This document shows positions 29,814 through 37,196 of a stretch of DNA of 48,539 nt, piece after piece; positions within the stretch are counted from its first letter, which is position 1, and each line of letters starts with the position of its first letter. The position numbers were made by a program, and so were the translations under genes. The notes under the pieces were generated by a model. That model ran no database searches, was not told the DNA's origin, and saw only the letters and a list, made by a program, of their open reading frames with translations. The DNA is from a virus, in IMG/VR virus record IMGVR_UViG_3300024520_000006, positions 1 to 48,539 of that record. The stretch is one strand, 5' to 3'.

Positions 29814-30077
29814 TTACTGGAACATGTGAGGGGCTTCCATCCTCATCATATGTTCCATTTCAACTCGGTCCTTGTATTCCTCGGGATCTATTTTGCCAGT
29901 GCCTCCACACATCTCACAACGAGTATCATAGGCTCCGGAGAAATAATCGTCCCTCATCTCTTGATTCCAGTCGGGTCCATTGAACTCGTCGGACGTGATT
30001 GCTATCCCATGGAGAGTTCTAGTTCCCCTCCCTCGACAATCCTCACACCAATCATCTGATACTTGGACGGTTTTCAT
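29814..30077 (-). CDS. 87-aa protein with two DnaJ-type CxxCxGxG zinc-finger motifs
   Basis: CEDCRGRG and CEMCGGTG; SD GAGGAGGA upstream. Confidence 0.75.
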   Translation of the reverse strand: MKTVQVSDDWCEDCRGRGTRTLHGIAITSDEFNGPDWNQEMRDDYFSGAYDTRCEMCGGTGKIDPEEYKDRVEMEHMMRMEAPHMFQ

Positions 30078-30093
30078 AGTCCTCCTCTACCTC

Positions 30094-30177
30094 CTATCGG
30101 CAATCAGTATGATGGCCAATGTCTTTCTCGTATTCCGTGTTAAGTTCGCATCCACAATGGGTACAATGGGTATACAT
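30094..30177 (-). CDS. Possible 27-aa Cys/His micro-protein (not in the ORF track)
   Basis: Hand translation gives MYTHCTHCGCELNTEYEKDIGHHTDCR; fills the gap between coupled genes, but no clear SD. Confidence 0.3.
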   Translation of the reverse strand: MYTHCTHCGCELNTEYEKDIGHHTDCR

Positions 30178-30180
30178 GGA

Positions 30181-30288
30181 CTACTTCCTGTCTCGTATCT
30201 GTTCTTGGATGATGAATATGGCTGGAATGACAAAGCAGACCAACACAACGACGGACATACTTACAATGGCTTCGGTCAATGTTTGCAT
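30181..30288 (-). CDS. Possible 35-aa transmembrane micro-protein (not in the ORF track)
   Basis: Hand translation gives MQTLTEAIVSMSVVVLVCFVIPAIFIIQEQIRDRK; its start overlaps the upstream stop (TAATG). Confidence 0.4.
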   Translation of the reverse strand: MQTLTEAIVSMSVVVLVCFVIPAIFIIQEQIRDRK

Positions 30289-30494
30289 TATGATGGATTT
30301 TCGTACTGGTAGATCGCTTCAAAGCGGGCATGGAAGGCAAACTGTTCGATTGCTTGGTCGATGTTGTCGTGGTCCTCGCAGATACCATTCAGAAGCTCAT
30401 TGATATGGGCCTTGAGTTGGAGTCGTGCGTAGGCCAGATCATCAAAGTAGGTTGGTAGGTCTATCTCTCGTTTGATGGTACGTGTGTCTGGCAT
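30288..30494 (-). CDS. 68-aa early protein, unknown function
   Basis: Start at the internal ATG (MPDTRTIKRE); the N-terminal extension in the ORF track overlaps the upstream gene. Confidence 0.6.
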   Translation of the reverse strand: MPDTRTIKREIDLPTYFDDLAYARLQLKAHINELLNGICEDHDNIDQAIEQFAFHARFEAIYQYENPS

Positions 30495-30511
30495 TGGCTT
30501 CTCTCTTTTCT

Positions 30512-30868
30512 TTAGGTATCGTGGCTTGGATGAATGATACGAATGGCTGCACACTCTTGGTCATCGTCATCAAAACAGATGGCGTAATCAATTAAATGCA
30601 ATGGGCATAGTGACTGTGTAAGGGCAAGGCTTGTGAAATCTTCTCTGGCCCAACGGTCAGCTTGAAGGCTCTTTACACAGTTAGCCAAAGTCTTATAGAG
30701 GGTCAAGCCAATATCTTCGTTGCCATAACTAAGCTCGGCTTCGTAGTGGGCTTTTATTTCTTCTTTCGATGGCGTTATGATGAATAGGTTGCGGATATGG
30801 GCGCAAGCATTCTCATCCTCTTGCATGTATCGGTTTAGCAAGTTCGCATTTGGATTGCGATACTTCAT
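30512..30868 (-). CDS. 118-aa early protein, unknown function
   Basis: Strong SD GGGAGGTGA upstream; ordinary globular composition. Confidence 0.75.
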   Translation of the reverse strand: MKYRNPNANLLNRYMQEDENACAHIRNLFIITPSKEEIKAHYEAELSYGNEDIGLTLYKTLANCVKSLQADRWAREDFTSLALTQSLCPLHLIDYAICFDDDDQECAAIRIIHPSHDT

Positions 30869-30882
30869 GGGTCACCTCCCTT

Positions 30883-31107
30883 CTAATACTCGTTGCTTGT
30901 AGAGGTATAGAGAACTTTGCGAATGGCCTTACGTGCTGTTGGATCTCTGTAAGCAGATGGCCCCTTCGTCTTGACTCTACGTTGGCGTTTATGCACTTGG
31001 CGTAAGTCTTGTGAGCGTGGGGCCAGCCGATACTCATAGATTCTGTCATAGTCTGACTCGGTGAGTGATGGACGTTCATTATTCGGGCTCGTATGCTCTG
31101 CTTGCAT
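30883..31107 (-). CDS. 74-aa basic early protein, probably translated from a leaderless mRNA
   Basis: The ATG (MQAEHTSP...) lies 7 nt after the -10 of promoter 31114..31142; the longer ORF-track N-terminus would run through that promoter. Confidence 0.6.
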   Translation of the reverse strand: MQAEHTSPNNERPSLTESDYDRIYEYRLAPRSQDLRQVHKRQRRVKTKGPSAYRDPTARKAIRKVLYTSTSNEY

Positions 31108-31113
31108 ACTTTC

Positions 31114-31142
31114 AAGATAGCACACATGGGTTCCAGTGTCAA
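31114..31142 (-). promoter_or_regulatory. Sigma70-like extended -10 promoter TTGACA-17-(TGTGC)TATCTT
   Basis: Minus-strand hexamers at 31142-31137 and 31119-31114, spacer 17; shares the TGTGCTAT extended -10 with the late promoter at 34513..34541. Confidence 0.55.
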
Positions 31143-31187
31143 TGCCTAATTTAAAATTATTGATGAGGTATGATGGTAATCCCGGTA

Positions 31188-31348
31188 GGCCATTTTGGGC
31201 CAAACCTTATACTGGTAAGGCCGTACGTCGGCCATAAACTTGTGTGGCCTCGATAACGCCCATTTATCAGTTGGAAGGCCAATTAATTTCTGTGGGATGG
31301 CCAGTGGAAGGCCATTGGCTGGCCATAACGCTTAGTTACCAGTTGGCC
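31188..31348. repeat. Array of 10 GGCC-core sites (mostly RGGCCAW; TGGAAGGCCAWT twice) in a non-coding region
   Basis: GGCC counted at 31188, 31198, 31219, 31230, 31246, 31277, 31299, 31310, 31321 and 31345; under 1 is expected by chance in 160 bp. Confidence 0.8.
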
Positions 31349-31377
31349 TGCCATACTGCTCATAGCCACTCCGCACC

Positions 31378-31420
31378 GCAAGAAGCTAGCTAGCACTTGC
31401 GTACTAGCTAGCTCGCTTGC
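31378..31420. promoter_or_regulatory. Long imperfect palindrome built from GCTAGCTAG units (10+5 bp stem, 10-nt loop)
   Basis: GCAAGAAGCTAGCTAG-cacttgcgta-CTAGCTAGCTCGCTTGC, just downstream of the HTH gene stop; no U-tract, so operator-like rather than a classic terminator. Confidence 0.5.
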
Positions 31421-31431
31421 GAGATAGAGTG

Positions 31432-31644
31432 TTACTCGCTTTCTTCTTCTTCTGTATCGCTTGTGAAGTGTTCGACAAGCTCGCTTGTGAGCTTTGCGCT
31501 CAAAGCGTATGCTTTCTTAGCGTCTCCCCACCGATTGTTCTTCTGCTCTGCTGAACGTGCATGATTGCGTCGAAGATACGCACGAATCGTTTTCTGATTC
31601 GTGTCTGTAGCTTCAGCAATCTCAGCGATTGACATGTTCGACAT
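31432..31644 (-). CDS. 70-aa HTH protein, paralogue-like to the core of the 132-aa protein at 24964..25362
   Basis: SIAEIAEATDTNQKTIRAYLRR compared with SAVAEKLGANPKTFRAWLRR; acidic C-terminal tail. Confidence 0.7.
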   Translation of the reverse strand: MSNMSIAEIAEATDTNQKTIRAYLRRNHARSAEQKNNRWGDAKKAYALSAKLTSELVEHFTSDTEEEESE

Positions 31645-31661
31645 TCGCTTTCTCGCTTTCT

Positions 31662-31882
31662 GCTAGCGCTAGCTCTCTTGCTAGCTCTTGAGTATGACTC
31701 TACACTAGCTAGCAAGCTATGTCAATGACTATAGAGTAATCATTCGCATAACTAGATATCATTGATTGCTAGATAGATAGCTCGCTCATGCGCTTTACGA
31801 TATGTAAAGAATGAGTGTGAGCGTATAGACAGCTATCAATATGTACTCAAGTAAGTGCTAGCTACAGCAAGCAAACGCTAGC
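31662..31882. repeat. Cluster of GCTAGC palindromes in an AT-rich non-coding region (six here, three more at 31385-31412)
   Basis: GCTAGC at 31662, 31668, 31680, 31708, 31857 and 31877, plus 31385, 31389 and 31407; also the tandem CGCTTTCT CGCTTTCT and GCTAGCTCT(C)TTG twice. Confidence 0.8.
31697..31725 (-). promoter_or_regulatory. Sigma70-like promoter candidate TTGACA-17-TAGAGT
   Basis: Minus-strand hexamers at 31725-31720 and 31702-31697, spacer 17; the leader to the HTH gene crosses three GCTAGC sites. Confidence 0.45.
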
Positions 31883-32014
31883 AATTGCAAGCACTAGCAG
31901 AACGAACATGTGTTCGATTCTGTTTGACACGGGGACTTTAAACTGGCGAAACACAGGATACTATGAGGTACCTTCTCGGTCCGTCCCGGAAATTCTAGAA
32001 AAATTTTTGCCGCA

Positions 32015-32200
32015 TTACTTTCTCGGCCTACCTCTGGTGCGGCCATAAGTGATAGGGCGATGGCTGAAACAAGTGCCTTTAAGGTTGTACCTACTGAGGA
32101 TAGTGAGACAGCCATCTGAGGTACAGGTTCTTACCTCGTCTGAGGTTTCGAGTTTTCTACCCCTGGTTGGGAGATGTGTAGTTCCGTGCATCATGTTCAT
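32015..32200 (-). CDS. 61-aa zinc-finger protein with a C-terminal AT-hook-like GRTRGRPRK; first leftward gene
   Basis: CTSDGC...CFSH; RGRP core; SD GAGGAA/AAGGA upstream; lies directly downstream of the strong promoter 32238..32266. Confidence 0.55.
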   Translation of the reverse strand: MNMMHGTTHLPTRGRKLETSDEVRTCTSDGCLTILSRYNLKGTCFSHRPITYGRTRGRPRK

Positions 32201-32237
32201 ATCCTTGTTCCTCTGCTAGCGTTTTTGCTATGGTCGT

Positions 32238-32266
32238 AGTATAGTCGATATCTATGCCAGAGTCAA
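32238..32266 (-). promoter_or_regulatory. Strong sigma70-like leftward promoter TTGACT-17-TATACT
   Basis: Minus-strand hexamers at 32266-32261 (inside the first terminase codons) and 32243-32238, spacer 17. Overlaps, face to face, a plus-strand TATAGT (32240-32245) 8 nt before the terminase ATG. Confidence 0.6.
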
Positions 32267-34509
32267 GACCAATGCCATTCCATCAGAAAGGGAAACGTCT
32301 TTCTGTGGAAGCAAAGGCATGGTTCTATGAGGAAGTCAAGAAGGGTAGAAATCCTTACCGGCTTGGGGAGCTCTTGGGAGTTGGGCGGGGAACGATACGT
32401 AGGTTGATGGTCTCTATGAATGAGGCTTACGGGGGTACAAGCCCTACTGAGACTGCTAAGAGAATCGCTATGGATTCTGGACCTGATGGGGGGTACCCAG
32501 ATCCTAAGAGAAACCACGATCAGTTGGTGCATCCGCAGGCTATACAAGCGTGGCATGAATTTGGGTACTGGCGTAACTTGATGCTCGGTAGACGCCACAT
32601 TCCTTGGCAGATTGAGATGGTCCAGATTTTGATGGCTTGGTGGGAGTCCGGACAAGCTACTGCTGGTACTGTGGAGTCTGAAGTCATCAAGGGTATTGTG
32701 AATACGCCGCCGGGTGGGGGTAAGTCAACCACAATAACGCATGACTTTCCCGGCTGGTTGATTACCCGGAACCGTGATATTCGGATTGCTTTGGGGGCAC
32801 GCACGACTGGGCAGTCCTCTAAGTACACACGCCGGCTGCGTAATACGTTGGAGAAGAACGTACTCCTGAATATTTACTATGGCAGGTTTAAACCGCTGGA
32901 GCCAGAAGAATGGAGGGCTGACCGGTTCATTGTCGATGGAGTGGAGGGGCATGAAGCAACCATGGACTACAAGCTGGCTCTAGCGGGGTTTGATCCGACG
33001 GCTGGAGAAATCAAAAGACGCCTCAATAACCCAGAGGACGATATCCACCAGATCCTGAGTGATATCCAGACGGCGTTCTTGACCGGTGAGAAGGAGTCTA
33101 CTGTTGCCTCACTCTCTCAAGATATGGGCTTTCTCGGTGGGCGATTCGATATCAACCTGTGGGACGATCTTGCCGATAAGAACAATTCTAAAACGGCTGA
33201 GCAACGTGAGGCAACTACTGAGTGGTGGTTTTCTGAGGCTGAATCGAGATGTGAGCCTGGGGGCCTCGTTGCCTTGATCGGTACAAGGTTTGGTAAGTTT
33301 GACATCTATGCCCACTGTAAGAACCTCACGTATCAGACGGATGATGATGTTGATGAGGCTACTCTCAACGAGGTTACCTCACAGTTTACTGAGGAAGAGA
33401 TGCAGCAGGTTCGGGAAGAATTGGAACGGGAGCTTGTAGATAAGTATGGCAAGGACTACTCTGAATTAGCCACGCCAGATATATCCGGTGGAATGCGTAA
33501 GAGTAGGAAAGTATACCGCTACTACAAGTTCCCGGCCCATGATGAACAAGCCTGCCAGAACCTTCTCTCCATTAAGAACAGTGACCACATTGAATGTGTG
33601 CTTGATCCTAAGCGATTCTCTTATACGCACCTGCGTAAGGTGCAAGCCGCTGACCCGAGAAAGTTCAATCTCACGTATCAGCAGTCGGATGAGGAGACGA
33701 GTGACAACCTCGTACAGAAGGTATGGCTAACAGGGGGTGTCGATGATGACAACATCACCTACCCCGGTTGCTACAACTATGAGAGGCGCTTGCTACAGAT
33801 ACCAGAAGATGTGGATCCTGCTGACTGCTTCTCTATCGCTACGCTAGACCCGTCTGCTCAGAATTGGTGGTCAGTCCAGTGGTGGATCTATGATACGGCA
33901 AATGATAAGGATTATCTCATCAACCTTGTGCGAGCCCGCCTGACTTCTGGAGGGTTCCTTGACTATGACATCAAACGAAGGGTATTCACAGGGATAGCTC
34001 AAGACTGGCAGGAACAGGCTAAAGCGATGGGTTGGCCGATATCTCTGTGGATCATTGAACAGGCCGCTGCCCAGCGATATATCTTCCAGCACAAGTGGGT
34101 CAACCAGTGGATGCAGACACACCACACCACAATCAAGGGGCATGAGACCCATAGGAATAAGGCTGACCCTGAGCATGGTGTAGAGGGCAGTCTTCCAGGT
34201 AGGTTCCGACTGGGTAAGGTAGATTTGCCGTTTGACCAGAATGACCTTCCTACAAGAGTAACCGTCAATGAGTTTGCTAAGGAATTGACTGAGTATCCTG
34301 ATTCACAGACGAATGACATGGTTATGGGGTACTGGTTCTTTGACTTCAACCGGTTAATCCTCCCCGATTCGATGCGGGTATCAAGGGCCAGTACCCCTAG
34401 GCAACATATATACCGTGACTCGCTTCCTGATTACATGGTTGGTAAAGAGAGTGAACCCACAGGTATGGGGCACTCATCCGTTCGTAACTACAGACGCAGG
34501 CAAGACTAA
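32254..34509 (+). CDS. terL: Large terminase subunit with an extra N-terminal HTH domain
   Basis: Walker A GIVNTPPGGGKST, ALIGTRFGKFDIY, C-terminal nuclease-like half. N-terminal LSVEAKAWFYEEVKKGRNPYRLGELLGVGRGTIRRLM is an HTH. 751 aa is unusually long. Confidence 0.85.
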   Translation: MPESRPMPFHQKGKRLSVEAKAWFYEEVKKGRNPYRLGELLGVGRGTIRRLMVSMNEAYGGTSPTETAKRIAMDSGPDGGYPDPKRNHDQLVHPQAIQAWHEFGYWRNLMLGRRHIPWQIEMVQILMAWWESGQATAGTVESEVIKGIVNTPPGGGKSTTITHDFPGWLITRNRDIRIALGARTTGQSSKYTRRLRNTLEKNVLLNIYYGRFKPLEPEEWRADRFIVDGVEGHEATMDYKLALAGFDPTAGEIKRRLNNPEDDIHQILSDIQTAFLTGEKESTVASLSQDMGFLGGRFDINLWDDLADKNNSKTAEQREATTEWWFSEAESRCEPGGLVALIGTRFGKFDIYAHCKNLTYQTDDDVDEATLNEVTSQFTEEEMQQVREELERELVDKYGKDYSELATPDISGGMRKSRKVYRYYKFPAHDEQACQNLLSIKNSDHIECVLDPKRFSYTHLRKVQAADPRKFNLTYQQSDEETSDNLVQKVWLTGGVDDDNITYPGCYNYERRLLQIPEDVDPADCFSIATLDPSAQNWWSVQWWIYDTANDKDYLINLVRARLTSGGFLDYDIKRRVFTGIAQDWQEQAKAMGWPISLWIIEQAAAQRYIFQHKWVNQWMQTHHTTIKGHETHRNKADPEHGVEGSLPGRFRLGKVDLPFDQNDLPTRVTVNEFAKELTEYPDSQTNDMVMGYWFFDFNRLILPDSMRVSRASTPRQHIYRDSLPDYMVGKESEPTGMGHSSVRNYRRRQD

Positions 34510-34512
34510 GAC

Positions 34513-34541
34513 TTGACCAACCCCTGCGGGTGTGCTATAAA
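34513..34541 (+). promoter_or_regulatory. Sigma70-like extended -10 promoter TTGACC-17-(TGTGC)TATAAA for the late arm
   Basis: Hexamers at 34513-34518 and 34536-34541, spacer 17, TGc immediately 5' of the -10; lies in the gap after the terminase stop. Confidence 0.6.
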
Positions 34542-34569
34542 TACAAGCAATGGTTTTAGGAGTGTACCA

Positions 34570-34878
34570 ATGTCCTTGACAAAGAGAAGTCGCCCAAATC
34601 GGGTATCAATAGATATATCCTCCATCACTACTACCGAGATAGTCGCAGCCGTCGCCGGCAAACATATTGTGGTTCTTAATGTGGTTATCACTGTAGCCTC
34701 CGGTCAGACCATCGTTTGGAAACGTGGAACTACTGTCATCTCTGGTCCAGTTCCTGAGAGTTATACCGCTGGTGACGCTCATGCTGGTCTCCTTGAAACG
34801 GGGCCCGCTGAAGCTCTTAACCTCACAACCACAAGCACTGGCCAGGTATCTGGTCACTTGACATACGTGCTGGTATAA
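34570..34878 (+). CDS. 102-aa virion-module protein, unknown function
   Basis: Start moved to the ATG behind SD TAGGAG (MSLTKRS...), because the ORF-track start at 34513 coincides with the promoter -35. Confidence 0.65.
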   Translation: MSLTKRSRPNRVSIDISSITTTEIVAAVAGKHIVVLNVVITVASGQTIVWKRGTTVISGPVPESYTAGDAHAGLLETGPAEALNLTTTSTGQVSGHLTYVLV

Positions 34879-34879
34879 C

Positions 34880-35254
34880 ATGACCCTAGACCCTCAACTC
34901 AAGCCTAAGGCACAGGGGATTCGGATTCGTCACAAGACGTTAAAAGGGGTGCTTCTAGTTGTGAGGGATCAAAAACGTCCAATACCCAACCCTCACAACT
35001 ATAAGCTCCCTATTTGTTCGTCCTGTATGGTACCACATGATGTAAAGACCTATCACCTCCAGCTTGATGATGAAGGTACTATTATTGTATCTAAGACCGT
35101 ATATGAGAGGTTGTCTGCCCTTGACGATAGGGCTGGGTTTGAGACCTCTAATACTGTCAACAGTCCACCTACCCAGACACTTCAGATACCTATAGCAAAG
35201 AAACTGATCCAGGCATTTGACCCAGTAAAGGAGCAAGTGGATGCCAAGAACTAG
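34880..35254 (+). CDS. 124-aa protein, unknown function; C-terminus carries one copy of the tail repeat
   Basis: ORF in the late operon; IPIAKKLIQAFDPVKEQ matches the L.Q.LI.AFDP repeat of the fibre. Confidence 0.6.
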   Translation: MTLDPQLKPKAQGIRIRHKTLKGVLLVVRDQKRPIPNPHNYKLPICSSCMVPHDVKTYHLQLDDEGTIIVSKTVYERLSALDDRAGFETSNTVNSPPTQTLQIPIAKKLIQAFDPVKEQVDAKN

Positions 35255-35459
35255 GAAGATTGCTGAGCTTGAGGCTGAGCTTGAGACCTTACAACTTGAG
35301 AAGGGTAAATACCTTGACAAGTCAAGATCCAGAGCCAGAGCCATCTCGGTACAACTCAACAAGCTTATAGCTGAGGATAAGGCGAAAGCCAAGATTGACG
35401 CTATGAGTGACGAAGATAGGGTGGCTATGGCAGCGGCTCTTGCTGGGGGAGATAACTAA
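35241..35459 (+). CDS. 72-aa coiled-coil protein
   Basis: IAELEAELETLQLEKGKYLDK heptad-like pattern; overlaps both neighbours. Confidence 0.6.
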   Translation: MPRTRKIAELEAELETLQLEKGKYLDKSRSRARAISVQLNKLIAEDKAKAKIDAMSDEDRVAMAAALAGGDN

Positions 35460-35905
35460 TGGCTACTGTAGTACATGATGATTTTAGGGATGGCCAGCTA
35501 GGTACTCCGTCAGCACCACTAACCACTGTGGACTTTGATGCTGATGCCATTGACATTGCACTTCTTGACCAGACGGACTCAGGCGCTATTGTAGCCGCTA
35601 CGAGTAATTACGGGTCTGTAGATACGGCTGTTGTGGTAGCAGATAGGGCAGACTCATCCGATGTCCCACTTCTGTCCAAGACTGTGGGTGTTGTTGCCAC
35701 CGGTGTGTTTGATGCCGCTAATGTGACATTCAATACCATCACAGGTGATGCGGCTGATTACTTGACATTGTACCACTACAATGCAACGCCAGCTAACGCA
35801 GCCCTGATTGTAACGTGGGACTCTGCGACAACGGGGCTCCCAGTCACACCGAACGGTGGAGACATTACAGTAACATGGAATGCTTCAGGTATCCTTCAAA
35901 TCTGA
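35459..35905 (+). CDS. 148-aa beta-rich virion protein, unknown function
   Basis: TAATG overlap with the upstream gene; composition typical of small tail or fibre accessory proteins. Confidence 0.7.
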   Translation: MATVVHDDFRDGQLGTPSAPLTTVDFDADAIDIALLDQTDSGAIVAATSNYGSVDTAVVVADRADSSDVPLLSKTVGVVATGVFDAANVTFNTITGDAADYLTLYHYNATPANAALIVTWDSATTGLPVTPNGGDITVTWNASGILQI

Positions 35906-35915
35906 GTGAGGTACC

Positions 35916-37196
35916 ATGCCGAGCCAACGAGATAAGTGGTTAGGTCAACACCGTGGCAGAATGGTACCTGGTAAGTGGGAGCAACGGGATCAAGTAAGAG
36001 CCATCCTTATGGGTATCATTGGGGATCCGTCTGCTCTTGATATCTTAGGTCGTAGTACTGGTGTAAAGAGGTACAGACCTTTTTCCTCTGAGGCGTATCC
36101 AGATTTAGTGGATATGCTGATAGAGGCATTTGACCCCATTGTTTCACCTCCAACTCTGGCTACTTATCCAGAGATAGCTCAATCCTTAATAACTGCTCTT
36201 GAACCTCTGATTGTTAACCCTACGGGTACACAAGAGATTCAGCCTAGTTTGGCTCAGAGTGTGATAGCGGCATTTAACCCTGTTATCACAGTATCGGGTG
36301 CAGGGTTGTGGCCAGATGCCTTTATGTCCTATACACCTCAGTTAACTCCCATTGTTTTAGATGGTGTGGATACTCAGACTATTCAAAATCTCTCCTTTGA
36401 GGATTTCTATAGGACAGGTGGGGCATCAGGCGGTAGACCAATTACCCTAATCAATTGTAATAACATAACCATTCGCCGCATTGATACACGTGGTTGTACT
36501 ATGGGTCTTGTTTATGCTTACAATTCCACGAATATCACCATCGAGTATATCCGTATAGAGAATATAGCTAAGGAGTTTGCTGGTTGGGTTGGTGATTGGG
36601 AAGAGGATCGTGGCCCTTATAGCTACTTTACCAATGAGAATGATTGCAACGTATACCAACTTAATGGTGTGAATGGGTTTGATATAACACACTTGAAGGC
36701 TAGATATGGAAACTTTTTCGATGGTCTTTCCCACTTCGCTTCCAGTAATGGGATAGTGGATGATGTTCAGGTTGAGGGGGCTCGAACCACAGATCAAATA
36801 ACCTCTGATGGACAGGACTCAGTAATATGGACTTCTGACTCTGGCACTGGTGTCATCATGGGAGATGGTGATGGGGCTAATGTTACCGTAAAGAACTCCT
36901 CTTTCCTAAATTGTGGTCAAGTAGGGTTTGCTACCGCTGGTGGATCATTCTGTGAGTATGACAATGTTGTGGTATACCAGCAAGCCGCTATAAGTCCGCT
37001 TCAGGTATACAATACCGCAGGTTATGTATGGGGTCAATACTCTGTTTGCTCGGACCACTCAGTAACTAACACTAGAACCTATGCCGAAGAAGGGGGAGAG
37101 TTTTGGGACGGAGGTAACTGCGGGTCTATTGATGTCACAGGATCTATCTTTGGGGATGGTACACTTGTGCCAGAGAACTATAAGGTAAGTTTGTAA
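35916..37196 (+). CDS. Tailspike/depolymerase candidate with right-handed parallel beta-helix; N-terminus has three tail repeats
   Basis: NCNNITIRRIDTRGC, YNSTNITIEYIRIENI and NVTVKNSSFLNCG are typical beta-helix rungs; the N-terminal repeats are at 36096-36305. Confidence 0.6.
   Translation: MPSQRDKWLGQHRGRMVPGKWEQRDQVRAILMGIIGDPSALDILGRSTGVKRYRPFSSEAYPDLVDMLIEAFDPIVSPPTLATYPEIAQSLITALEPLIVNPTGTQEIQPSLAQSVIAAFNPVITVSGAGLWPDAFMSYTPQLTPIVLDGVDTQTIQNLSFEDFYRTGGASGGRPITLINCNNITIRRIDTRGCTMGLVYAYNSTNITIEYIRIENIAKEFAGWVGDWEEDRGPYSYFTNENDCNVYQLNGVNGFDITHLKARYGNFFDGLSHFASSNGIVDDVQVEGARTTDQITSDGQDSVIWTSDSGTGVIMGDGDGANVTVKNSSFLNCGQVGFATAGGSFCEYDNVVVYQQAAISPLQVYNTAGYVWGQYSVCSDHSVTNTRTYAEEGGEFWDGGNCGSIDVTGSIFGDGTLVPENYKVSL

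Noticed and set aside
30140-30388. 82-aa ORF (MVSARTTTTSTKQSN...)
   Set aside because: It overlaps the 68-aa gene and the coupled micro-ORFs in another frame, has an implausible Ser/Thr/His-rich sequence and has no SD.
30813-31203. ORF 30813..31142, and the N-terminal extension (31108..31203) of ORF 30883..31203
   Set aside because: The extension runs through the TTGACA-17-TATCTT promoter and the GGCC array. The 109-aa ORF overlaps two supported genes out of frame.
31897-31921. Palindrome CAGAACGAACATGTGTTCGATTCTG that superficially resembles a tRNA T-arm (TTCGA)
   Set aside because: I could not fold an acceptor stem, D-arm or anticodon arm around it. I found no tRNA-like cloverleaf anywhere in the window.
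31500-32115. ORFs 31500..31715 and 31894..32115 in the control region
   Set aside because: The first is an alternative frame of the 70-aa HTH gene extended over a promoter. The second overlaps the 61-aa AT-hook ORF, which sits correctly behind a strong promoter and SD. Neither has a start context.
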